Of a DNA stretch of 64,000 bases, positions 11,588 through 22,000 are shown piece after piece. The notes below the pieces were generated by a model that was given only the letters and a program-made list of their open reading frames with translations, did no database searches and was not told the origin of the DNA. The stretch covers positions 124,001-188,000 of IMG/VR virus record IMGVR_UViG_3300042482_000702; one strand, written 5' to 3'. Position 1 is the stretch's first letter. Each line of letters starts with the position of its first letter. The position numbers and the translations under genes were made by a program.

Positions 11588-12040
11588 CTATACACTTAGA
11601 CTAACTTCCATGTAGTCGTATGTTAAATTTTCGTCAGAAAAAATGTCAGTCAATGACATAAGTAAATTTTTTAGGTGTGGGCGTACATCCACAGTGTATC
11701 TTACCTTCGGAGGGTATATTTTAGCGTCCACCTGTCTATGACAAATTGTCACATCATTTTGTTTGATAAAAATATTAAAGTACTCCGGACCATCAATAAA
11801 TGATGTTTCTAAAATAGCCGGGTTGTTAATAATTTCGTACATATTGTCCGTCATATACGTCACCGTTTTCAATGATAATTGAGTTTGGATATCATCCTTA
11901 AAGTCACGAATTAATTCGTATAACTCTAACGAATACTTCGCCTTTTCGTTAAATTCTCTAACGTTAAAAAATCTCTGTACAATGATGTTATCATTTACCA
12001 TCATTAAGAATTCTAATTTTACCGATTCTTGGTCTTTCAT
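11588..12040 (-). CDS. Hypothetical protein in the replication operon
   Basis: 150-aa ORF tightly packed between the exonuclease and helicase genes. Confidence 0.75.
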   Translation of the reverse strand: MKDQESVKLEFLMMVNDNIIVQRFFNVREFNEKAKYSLELYELIRDFKDDIQTQLSLKTVTYMTDNMYEIINNPAILETSFIDGPEYFNIFIKQNDVTICHRQVDAKIYPPKVRYTVDVRPHLKNLLMSLTDIFSDENLTYDYMEVSLSV

Positions 12041-12048
12041 AATTTTAA

Positions 12049-13053
12049 TTAATTGTTTTTATAATTTCGTTTTTCTTTTCTTGTTAATTTCATAAAGGGC
12101 CTAACAAAATTCACCCATGCATCATCACCTTTTGGTAGATACTTAAAAAACCCGTCTTCCATCATCATTTTAATTAATCCCTTATAACCCCTACCATCAG
12201 GGTCTAAAGTTTCCTTATAATATAACTCAACAAGCTCTTTAGCATCATCAGTTATTAATGGAGAGGACAAATTTATGATTTTTTCGTTAATAACAAAAAA
12301 TTCTTCACCATAAATTCCACTTTTTGTTTTACCGGACAAAAGATTTTGTAATGTCTTGTTTCCTTTGTTCTCCTTTAATAGATTATCAGCCTTTTCTAAA
12401 ATATCGGTAATTGAAACCGGTTTTTCAAGTATCTCAGGAAAAAATTTTATAAGAGTTTTTTCTCCCAATCCTGAAATACCATCAATGTTGTCCGATTTAT
12501 CCCCCGACAATATTTTATAAGTTTTAATGTTTTCGTGGGGAAATTCATAAAAATCACATTTGATTTTACTCCCTAAATGATAAGTTTGTTTGGTTCTCGG
12601 ATAAAACACCGATACCTTGTCCGATATAAGTTGGGTAAGGTCTTTATCCCCCGAATAGATGGTCTTTTGTTCGTTTTCCGAGATTTGGCAGTAATAAGCA
12701 ATCAAATCATCCGCTTCGTTATTATCGATGTTGATTTGTCTTATATAACAGTCCTCCAAGTATTGTTTGATTCTTTCTTTCTGCTCAGTGAAAGAATCTA
12801 ACTTATACTCGTTTTCTCTGTCTCTACGATTTTCTTTATATTGGGGATAAATAAGTTTTCGAGCAGATGAATTATCATCACCATCCCACATAACAACAAC
12901 CTTATCAAAGTTTTGTTCGTCTATGAAACGCCTAACGGTATTGATGAAGTGCCATAGGGCACCTATATGCTTTCCGTTATGATAATAATCTTTTACTCCG
13001 TGGAATCCAATTTTTGTTAAATTGTTACCATCCACTAATAGGGTTTTAACCAC
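12049..13053 (-). CDS. 5'-3' exonuclease / flap endonuclease (phage RNase H, PolI N-terminal type)
   Basis: LLVDGNN, WDG, YKENR, EADDLIA, SGDKDLTQL, GDKSDNIDGISGLGEKT. Confidence 0.93.
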   Translation of the reverse strand: MVKTLLVDGNNLTKIGFHGVKDYYHNGKHIGALWHFINTVRRFIDEQNFDKVVVMWDGDDNSSARKLIYPQYKENRRDRENEYKLDSFTEQKERIKQYLEDCYIRQINIDNNEADDLIAYYCQISENEQKTIYSGDKDLTQLISDKVSVFYPRTKQTYHLGSKIKCDFYEFPHENIKTYKILSGDKSDNIDGISGLGEKTLIKFFPEILEKPVSITDILEKADNLLKENKGNKTLQNLLSGKTKSGIYGEEFFVINEKIINLSSPLITDDAKELVELYYKETLDPDGRGYKGLIKMMMEDGFFKYLPKGDDAWVNFVRPFMKLTRKEKRNYKNN

Positions 13054-13074
13054 TGGTTTTGTTTGTATTTGTTA

Positions 13075-14079
13075 CTACTCTTTTTCTTCTATCTCTTTCA
13101 AATCGTAATCACCATCTGTTCCGATGATGTTTTTCCAATATTCAGAGTATTCTTTTTTGTACTTCTCAATTGAAGCCTTTTCTTCTACTGTCTCTTTTCC
13201 TGCTAAAAATCCGTGAGGTGTTACAATAATTTTACCATCCTCGTAACCTAATCCATTGATGTGGTTTTTCATAACAGACACTTTAGTTCTTACAGCAAAT
13301 TTGATAGTTCTTTTGTCTTTAGTAGCCGTAATCTTTGTTGTTCCAGCACCTTTTTCATTTCCAAATCTAAATACTAATGAAGAGTTCAACCAAATCGCTT
13401 CTCCACCCTTAGCTTTAATTTTAGGTTGTCCGAATGGGTTATCCGGAAGTTCAACCCAAGGTTGGTTAACAATCACCAAAGTATTCTCATATTTGGAGTC
13501 GGATTTACGACTTCCCGATATTCTTTGGTTAATTCCCATACCAATTTTATCCGCTAACGCCGCCGCATTATGTTGTTTTCCACCCTTACCCTCAAAAGTC
13601 ATTTTACAAGGAACTGAACCAACAGAATCCCATAAAAATAATAAACTATAATCTAATTCGCCCTTCTCTTGAGCATCAAGTAAACTATTAATGTAATCGG
13701 TAATTTGTTCAATATAACTGAAGTTGTTATTAAAGATGTAGAACCCATCCCATTCTAACTCACCCGTCTCTTCATCAACCAATTCTTCACAATCAAAACC
13801 CATAAGTTTTGCGTGTTCAAATGACCATTTTTGTTCGGTAATGATGAATACTGGTAATATTTGTTTTTTCTGAGCATCAACCGCACATTTTACCAACGCA
13901 GTTGTTTTACCCGTATCGGAGTGACCCAAGAACATATTTAAATGTCCTATCGCTGGTCCCGGAATACCAACAGCATCCAAAAAGTCAGGACCTAAATCAA
14001 AAAACCTTTGTGGTTTGTATTTTGCAGATGTCGAGAATTTGTCCTTAATGGACTTAAAATCGTGTTTTTTAATCGCCAT
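13075..14079 (-). CDS. RecA/UvsX-like recombinase
   Basis: Walker A GHSDTGKTT, Walker B LFLWDSVGS, IVNQ, GG.A, KNH. Confidence 0.88.
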   Translation of the reverse strand: MAIKKHDFKSIKDKFSTSAKYKPQRFFDLGPDFLDAVGIPGPAIGHLNMFLGHSDTGKTTALVKCAVDAQKKQILPVFIITEQKWSFEHAKLMGFDCEELVDEETGELEWDGFYIFNNNFSYIEQITDYINSLLDAQEKGELDYSLLFLWDSVGSVPCKMTFEGKGGKQHNAAALADKIGMGINQRISGSRKSDSKYENTLVIVNQPWVELPDNPFGQPKIKAKGGEAIWLNSSLVFRFGNEKGAGTTKITATKDKRTIKFAVRTKVSVMKNHINGLGYEDGKIIVTPHGFLAGKETVEEKASIEKYKKEYSEYWKNIIGTDGDYDLKEIEEKE

Positions 14080-14110
14080 ATGTCTATGTTAATTTAATTT
14101 TTTAGTTTGT

Positions 14111-14160
14111 TTAGACAAGTTGAGCACCGAGTAATCCCGGTGCCCAAGTCATATGTCTAA
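14111..14160 (-). promoter_or_regulatory. Intergenic RNA stem-loop between ssb and recA
   Basis: Minus strand UUAGACA..UUGGGCACCGGG-AUUA-CUCGGUGCUCAA..UGUCUAA. The two G-U pairs form only on the mRNA strand. No U-tract follows. Confidence 0.6.
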
Positions 14161-14171
14161 GTTTTGTTTGA

Positions 14172-15035
14172 TTAGAATGGCATATCGTCTTCCGGTTCAA
14201 CTCCAGCTTGTGGGTCAACTGGAGCAGATGTTTTACCACTACCACCGAATGAAGACTCACTATCTTCAGCGTTTCCATATACATAACCACCTTTTTCAGT
14301 ACTCCATTTAGGACTTTCTCCTCTTGCAAGAGCTTCTAAATACTCAACAGGTTTTTTAGAATAAACATCTTCCCAAGTTAATTCATCATTAACCCATTCA
14401 TCACCAATAACTTTATTCTCATGAATTGCAGATGGGTCGTCATACATAACAGTTTGGATTACAGTGTAAAAAGCTCCTTTTGGTGTTTTTGCTTTAGTTA
14501 ATTCCAAAATAATATCTCTACCTTTTTCAGGGTCAGCAATATCACCTTTGTTTCTGTAGATAGGTATAATTTTATCTAAAATACCTTCGTTTTTGTAGTT
14601 GTCTTTAAATCTCCAAAATTTAACACCATCATCCTCATTATCTCTATCAATAACTTTTACAATGTAAAATTTACGAGATAAGTATTGTTTAGCTAATTCT
14701 TTATCAGAATCTCTACCTGTTGAACGTAATTCTTCGTAAACCTCATTTAAAGGTGAACGCTCATTATCGTTTTTTCCCGGGTCATAAAATTTTTGGAATT
14801 TTCCATCAACTTGGATTTCGTGATACCAAACAACTTTAAATGGTGAAGAACCATCTTTTGTTGGTAAAATCCTTAATCTTCGTTGCCCTTGAGTCTCCTT
14901 ATCTTGAAGGATTGCCGCGAAGTATTTTTTCATTCTTTCTTCTTGTGTGAATTTTGAGGTAGAAGAAGAACCTCCTTGTTTTGATTGCTCGTATTGAGCC
15001 AAAACTGCGTCTAATGAATTGTTGTTTGTCGCCAT
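14172..15035 (-). CDS. Single-stranded DNA-binding protein (T4 gp32-like)
   Basis: RLRILP, WYH, VIDRDNEDDGVKFWRF, DPEKGRDI, acidic C-terminal tail ending EDDMPF; next to recA. Confidence 0.8.
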   Translation of the reverse strand: MATNNNSLDAVLAQYEQSKQGGSSSTSKFTQEERMKKYFAAILQDKETQGQRRLRILPTKDGSSPFKVVWYHEIQVDGKFQKFYDPGKNDNERSPLNEVYEELRSTGRDSDKELAKQYLSRKFYIVKVIDRDNEDDGVKFWRFKDNYKNEGILDKIIPIYRNKGDIADPEKGRDIILELTKAKTPKGAFYTVIQTVMYDDPSAIHENKVIGDEWVNDELTWEDVYSKKPVEYLEALARGESPKWSTEKGGYVYGNAEDSESSFGGSGKTSAPVDPQAGVEPEDDMPF

Positions 15036-15064
15036 AGTGTTTAAAATGTTTTAAAGTTTATAAA

Positions 15065-15093
15065 AGTATAAGTGTCTACGAGTGGTTTGTCAA
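15065..15093 (-). promoter_or_regulatory. Sigma70-type promoter for the ssb-recA-exo-helicase-nrdBA operon
   Basis: TTGACA-17 bp-TATACT on the minus strand, 30 bp upstream of the ssb ATG and just downstream of a terminator. Confidence 0.75.
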
Positions 15094-15103
15094 ATTGTTT
15101 TGT

Positions 15104-15130
15104 AAAAAAAAAATGGTCCGAAGACCATTT
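15104..15130 (-). terminator. Intrinsic terminator with cUUCGg tetraloop
   Basis: Minus strand AAATGGTC-TTCG-GACCATTT then a T run; separates the structural operon from the replication operon. Confidence 0.85.
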
Positions 15131-15133
15131 TAA

Positions 15134-15793
15134 TTATCTAATCTCTTTAAATGAGGTAGCTTCGTCCTCAAAATTTCTAAATGTTTTTTTAATTTCATTT
15201 GGTGAATAGTCTTCTACCTCGTCTTGAGTTAAAATATATTCATTTTTTCCCGATTTGTCCATTTCTTCTTCTTTATCAACAAAAAAATCTGTTAATTTCT
15301 GATTAAAAGGACCCGAGTCTAGGCTTCTTAATTCTAATTTTTCTTGTGGAGTTTTTTCTCTGTATTTTTCAACTTTAGCTTCCAAGTCATTTAATTTATT
15401 CATAATACCATCCATTTCACCAAGTTTACTTTCTAAATCTGTTAAATGACTGAATAAATTATTAAAATACTCTTCTTGTTTTTGTTCAGTATTTTTTTGA
15501 GATTTCACTAAATCTGTAATATCGATTTCTTTTGTACTACTTTGTTCTTCACCCACTTTTTCAACATCAGGGTCAGCAGCAACATCAACAGGTTGTGGTT
15601 CAACTGGTGCTTCAGGTGCCGGTGGCATATTTGGGTCAATAGGTGGTAAAGCATTTGGGTCTTCAACCGGAGGAAGAGCATTTGGGTCTGTTCCTGGTGG
15701 TGGAGGTAAAACAGCCTCTTGTTCAGTGATATAATTATTAATTGAGTTATATCTAGCCAATTCCTCTAATATTTGATTATCTATTTTTTTCAT
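15134..15793 (-). CDS. Acidic, proline-rich/coiled-coil hypothetical protein (possibly virion-internal)
   Basis: DPNALPP repeated three times with variation, coiled-coil LESKLGEMDGIMNKLNDLEAKVEK, N-terminal ILEE/ITEQ motifs. Confidence 0.75.
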   Translation of the reverse strand: MKKIDNQILEELARYNSINNYITEQEAVLPPPPGTDPNALPPVEDPNALPPIDPNMPPAPEAPVEPQPVDVAADPDVEKVGEEQSSTKEIDITDLVKSQKNTEQKQEEYFNNLFSHLTDLESKLGEMDGIMNKLNDLEAKVEKYREKTPQEKLELRSLDSGPFNQKLTDFFVDKEEEMDKSGKNEYILTQDEVEDYSPNEIKKTFRNFEDEATSFKEIR

Positions 15794-15797
15794 TTTA

Positions 15798-16022
15798 TTA
15801 TCCGTTTAATAATTGTTTTACACCGGTCAATGTTTCAACCTGAATTTTTTTATTTGTTGTCATTGTATTATCTACTCTTTCGATTAGACCATCTTTCATT
15901 CTAATTGTATAACAATCACCTGTGTCTAAATCACAAACTTGTTTAGAACCATTTCCCAAATCTTTTTCGGTACTTCTAGCTTTTTTACCTAAATAGTTGT
16001 CTAATATTAATTTTGTGTCCAT
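15798..16022 (-). CDS. Small hypothetical protein
   Basis: 74-aa ORF preceded by the TATTTATA motif, tightly packed with its neighbours. Confidence 0.7.
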   Translation of the reverse strand: MDTKLILDNYLGKKARSTEKDLGNGSKQVCDLDTGDCYTIRMKDGLIERVDNTMTTNKKIQVETLTGVKQLLNG

Positions 16023-16068
16023 AATCTTTTATTTATAAATATCGTTTAATTGTGAAAAATTTAATCTT

Positions 16069-19000
16069 TTAACTTTTATTAGTAATCGCATTATAAAGTG
16101 AAATAGATTCGCCTATCTCAGATTCAATATTTTTTAATCGTACAGAATCAGTTGATTTTATAGAATCATAAACATTTTGATTATTACTCTTAGCATTAAA
16201 GTATAAAATATAGAATTTAGCTATATCAACAGGTGTTGTTTCCCCAAAAGCACTGGATTTACCTTCAAACCTAGCAATTAACATTTTAACATGATTATTA
16301 GCACTATCAAAATAAACATAGGGTATTTGTTTAGGTGAACAATAATAGTATTTTGAACTACTAAAAAACCCTGAACTACCATCACCCCAAAATTCACTAA
16401 TATCAATACCTGCGTAATTATGTTCATAAGATTCTAATCCTTGAGTTTTACTTGATTGTAAATACATTATTGCAAATATAATATACCTTAATTTAATATC
16501 GTTAGTATTTGCGTTTATTATCTGAATAATATTTTTATAGTTTATAACTGTTTTATTCGGGGTACCCGCTTTATATGTATTATATTTTGTTGACGCCGAA
16601 CAAGTCTGTTGTGCCGACGCAACGGTAGCGTCATTATCTAAACCTTTATCTAACGCCTCATTTCGTTGACTAATAATATCACCTTTTTTAACATTACTAT
16701 CAGACTTTTTAGGAACTTTATCCTCTTTAATTTTGTTTACTATCGTTGTTAATAAAGTAGTTTTTAATGATTGTATGTAAGCACTTATTTTAGGTAATGA
16801 CGCAATAGGTTGTCTAACCCCCTCTACAATGGTTTCAAACGAGCCCGGACTTATTATATGATTAACACTTGTAATCATATAAGGACCACTAAACATTGGA
16901 ACATATCGTAAATTAAAATACATTGTGGGTTGAATCATTGCATTACCCATCATATTCACCGTACAATTATAACTTCTGGTTTTATATAAATTAAATAAAG
17001 ACACATTTTGTGTTGACGCTTTTCTATTTCCGGATTGATTAGCCATTTGATTTAAAAGTTCTAATGATTCAGCAGTTGCTGTACTTCCTCTTTGGTCAAC
17101 TTGAAATCCGTGGAATATTGATTGATTTTGAGTTCCAATATCAACATTAAAACCAACAACCTTATTTGACATACCCCAATCCTTTTTACCTATCTGACTT
17201 TCAACTAATGGATTATCACTTGCTCGTCTTAAATCAAAAGCATCACTTCTAAACCTATAATCAATATTATCTTTTAAATCTAATTGTTCACTTGGCTTAC
17301 CACCATAAAAACAAACTAATTTTGGTGAAGAGTTTCTATAATCAACATTTAAAAATGTTCCAAACATTGTGTTGGCAAATTCTAATGAACCTTCCGCTCT
17401 TGGTTTAGGATTTTTAACAGCGTCTTGTACATTATAAAAATTAACATATGATGGTAAATTCATTACTACAAAATTGTTGTCGACCAATATTGATTGAACA
17501 AACACCAACATTGGCATTGTTGGCTTAATAGTTGCCAAATAATCCTTTAATTTTATAACATCCACCAATATTTTATCACCTACATCACGACTTGCTCTAT
17601 CAATTAACATAATATCTTCAAATAATGTTTTTGTTTTAAAATCATTTCCTGATATCCACTTATCATTTATTGCCTTAAACGATTCCCATAGTTCAACTTT
17701 GGTTGCCGGTCCTTCTAAAACCGAATTAATTGTTTGTTGAGACGATGTCACAATTTTTGGTAATTTTGTCTGTAATTTAGGCATTAAATTATTAATAACT
17801 TTACCTTTAAATGTTTCATTAGATGTGATATATTCATCCATCAACATAGTAAATTTTGAAATATTTAAAGTGGGGTCATTTAATTTTTGAGTTGTATAAA
17901 TTTTTATAATAGGTGCTAAATTCTTAATGTTATCAACATTAAAGGCAATATTTAAATCAATGAAAAAGTCAGTTATGTATGAACCATTATTACTATACAT
18001 TAATTTATCAACATCAGAAAATCCAACATAAGTCTCTAAAGTTTTCCATTGTTGGGGATAAGTTGCTTTAGAATTACTTAAAGTGATTGACCCACCACTA
18101 TACGGTAAAGAGTTTGGTGTGGCAAAACTATATTTTTCCCAAGTATAAGGGTCAGAAATTTGATATGTCGAAAAACTATAAAATAGTTTTTTATCAAAAT
18201 TAGACGGGTTACCATATTTAAAAACAACATCCGTATTAATAAATTTAGTTAAAGTATTAGATATCGTTGTTAGTTGTTCTTGTTGTTGTTTAATAATTGT
18301 GTCTGTCGGTGTTGTTCCAACAAGTTTTGTTGTTTTCATTAAACTAATCATCAACATCTGAAAATTCTTAAACGATTTTTCACTATCAGTTTCAAATTCA
18401 CTAATAGAAATGTTTGATAATGTTGATGATGAATTATCTTCAAAATCATACATTGATTTTGAAAATTTTAAAAACTCAGATTCAAACCCATCTAATATAT
18501 TTTTTTCAAAAACTGAAAATATCTCGTCAATACTAGTATAATCATTTGATGTTCCATTTATTGAAAAATTTTGTTGACCACTTTGACCTGAAAAGACTTG
18601 TTTCAAATATTGGAGAGGACTTGGTTTTACCACCTTACTATTATCAAAATACCCATAATTAGGAGCTGTCCAAAATAATCTAGTAGAACCATTATACATA
18701 GCAGTATTACCACTAATCTCATATTTTAATTTATTATTAGAAGTAATACATTCATCTTTGGTTTGATTAATCAAAGACCCTTGCGATGGTAATAGATATG
18801 TAAACTTACCATCAAAAGTATCAATAGCAACCGACCAAGGAATCACCCTTAAATTTCTATTAAGATTTTTTTCATCAAAACCTTTACCCATATCAATAAT
18901 TGCATCTTTAACATAGTTAAGAGTCACCCCTGAACTAAAACCCTTTTGAATATCGGTACTTGTATACGCCGAATAAATTTCAAAACCTTGGTAAAAAACA

Positions 19001-22000
19001 TTAAAATCGTTAATTAATTTAGGGTAAAAACCAGTATTAATTAATGTTGAGGTTTCTAACCCTAATGTACTATTTTTCTCTAATACAATATCAATGTTTG
19101 AATTATTTATGGTTAAACTATATGTTTTTGTTGGGTTGTTGGTTGTTGGGTCATAATTATCGACATATTTAAAATCAGACCAAGATGTGTTAATAATATC
19201 AACACCATTTTCCACATAATTTTTATATCTATGATAAACAGAACCAAATTTTAAAATCCAAGCATAAGGCATTTTATGGATGGCACCAAATTTCTTTAAT
19301 GATGCGAAAATATAATCTAAAGGTTTTTCACTTTTATTTTCATAAGTTTTATATTTTTCTTTTAAAGTAGATAGGGGTAAACTATTGATAAAAAGATACG
19401 CCGAACTCACATATGGGGTTATACTATCATTTCTAAAATTTTGTACACCTTCTTGTATAGAATTAACGAAATATGGTGTGTTAAACATTGAAACTGTTTG
19501 ATAAGATGTTACCAATCCACTATAGTTAATATAATTCAAATTACCTTCAGTTAATAATTGAGAAGTAAAATCTCTATCATTATAAAAAGTTTTTAAATCA
19601 GGCTTATCTAATATTGGCTGTTGAATATTTTTATAAGAAAAATTAGTAAACGGTCTTTTAGTATCGTCATTTGTCGTATCTAAAAAATTAGATATTACTT
19701 TTTTATTTAAATTATATGTTAACACTTTTCGAGTATCAAAAGACGATTTTGCATCTATAAGAGTTCCACCATCCGCTAATTTACTATTACACCAAGTTAA
19801 ATCGGTAAACGGATATATATCACCAAAATCAAAAGAATTAGTGGTTGTTGAATCCGAAATATAATCAACCAATGCCTTTTCATTTGACAACGAAACTAAT
19901 GGTTGTGAACTTGAATCACTCAGTATACCAGAATTAATAAATTCAAAACTTGAATTATTAACTATATTTTTGATATAAGATGTGTTGAAAATTCCTCGTA
20001 TATAATTTTGCCAACTTTCACCAACACCACCATTTGAAATATGTTTTAAAAGTATCTCAAAATTAGACGCGTTAATCCCATATTCAACTAATTTTTTAGT
20101 GATAAAAGGATTATCTGTTGATAAACTATTAATAATATTTATACTTTCACCTTCAGAAATAATATCTGAAATTTGATTAGATTCTGAAATAAAATTATTA
20201 CATCTACTTAATTTTGAATAATAAGATGTTAAAAATATCCTTTCATAAATTTCGTACATATATTTAATTTCTTCTTTATTACCAAAAACAACATTACTAA
20301 CCGGAAACTCAATTGCCGATAATGATATTCTTTTCACATCACTCAATTCATTTGAGTTTGGTGTCGATGGTAGTGGGTTTTCACTTCTTTGGACATACCC
20401 TTTAATAAATTCCTCAACAAATTCCACTTCAGGCCATAATTCAGGTAAATATGCTTTAGTCTGATTAATAACTGCCCTATCACCCGGATAAGTAATAATA
20501 AATTGTTCCTCTTTATCGGGTGTCATTGTTTCAACAATCATTTGAGGCCAAGGATATACTGGTTCCGTAGAGTTATTTCCGGATGTTAAATTATCAGAAC
20601 TAACACCTGTTAATATTGCTTTTTTTCTATCTTTATCGTCTCTAACACTCCACGCTTGAGTATGAACATCATCCATTAATCGTAAAAAGGCTTCACCATT
20701 TGCAAATATAACAGCAAGAACATTCCTAATACTAGGAACAAACCCAATACCATTATCTTTATTTTGTAATAATTCCGATAGAGCCTCAGTTAATTCATTT
20801 TCAATTTGTTCTCGGTAAGTTTTTAAATCCTTACCCATTTTATCTATAAAAAATTCAAAAGTACCATTACCCTCAAAAACAAAATAATTAGTAATAGGTG
20901 TTTGTTTTCCCGCATCATTTTTAATAACTAAACTATTCAAAACACTGTCTTTAGTTAATTCAGCTTGGAAATCTTCTAATTGTTGTTTTGACGGTTCAAC
21001 ATCTAATTTTTTTCTTTGTCTATAAGTTTCCTTAAGATTTATATCACCGGCTTGTAATGTTTTTGGGAAAATCTCGTATTTAATACTATTCGGTATTTGA
21101 ATTGATTTTTCCGTATTATTAATTTTATACTTCCCAAGTATCCCAAGAGTTTTATTATTTGCTAATTTTTCGGTATAACTTGTAATATATTCTTTTAATT
21201 TATTAATCGCCTCATCTTTCTTTTTAGCTGGTATATATTCTTTTTTAAAGGTATATACTTTAGTTTTTTCAGGATTGTCCATTACAAGAAAGTTATCAGT
21301 GTCTAAATATTTAGACCTCCAAGACTCACCATTCATAGCGAAAACATCTTTGTCGTATTCACCTAAAATTTTTGAATATTCGTTTAAATCTGTTAATGGG
21401 TCTAAATTTTGTTTAGTAAATGAATCTAAAACATTTTTAACAAAATTTTCAAGTCTATTTTGTAATTCCATTAAACTAATTTCCGGGAAATCATCAGATA
21501 TCATACCTTTTGACTTATATTCACTATACATTTCTTTTACTTTCTGAAAACCTCTTTCTACAACACTATCTGTTGTTTTAGTTGTTTTACTATCTGTCCC
21601 CGTTGAAGGTGTTACCACTTTGTTTTGAACACTAACTCTAGATTTATACATATGGGGGACAGCCAATAACGCACCCATAGTTATTTCACTCAATATTGTG
21701 TATTTATAAGTATAAAACACTAAATCAACAACAAAATTACCTGAATATGTGTCGTATCTTGATGTAAAGTTCTGTAACATTAAAGATAATTTAACCGCTT
21801 TACCGTAATATCCTTTAATTGTCAAACTAAACATTGGATATGGTAGATTAAAAAACGCCGCATAAGGTGAGTTATCACCCCCTTCAAATAAGGAACGACC
21901 TTTAACATCTTCTAATTTAACATTGATTTGTGGTAAGAAATCTAACCCTTGTCTGATAGTTATTTGAGTAATACCTAACATTCCATTATCAGTAGTACCT

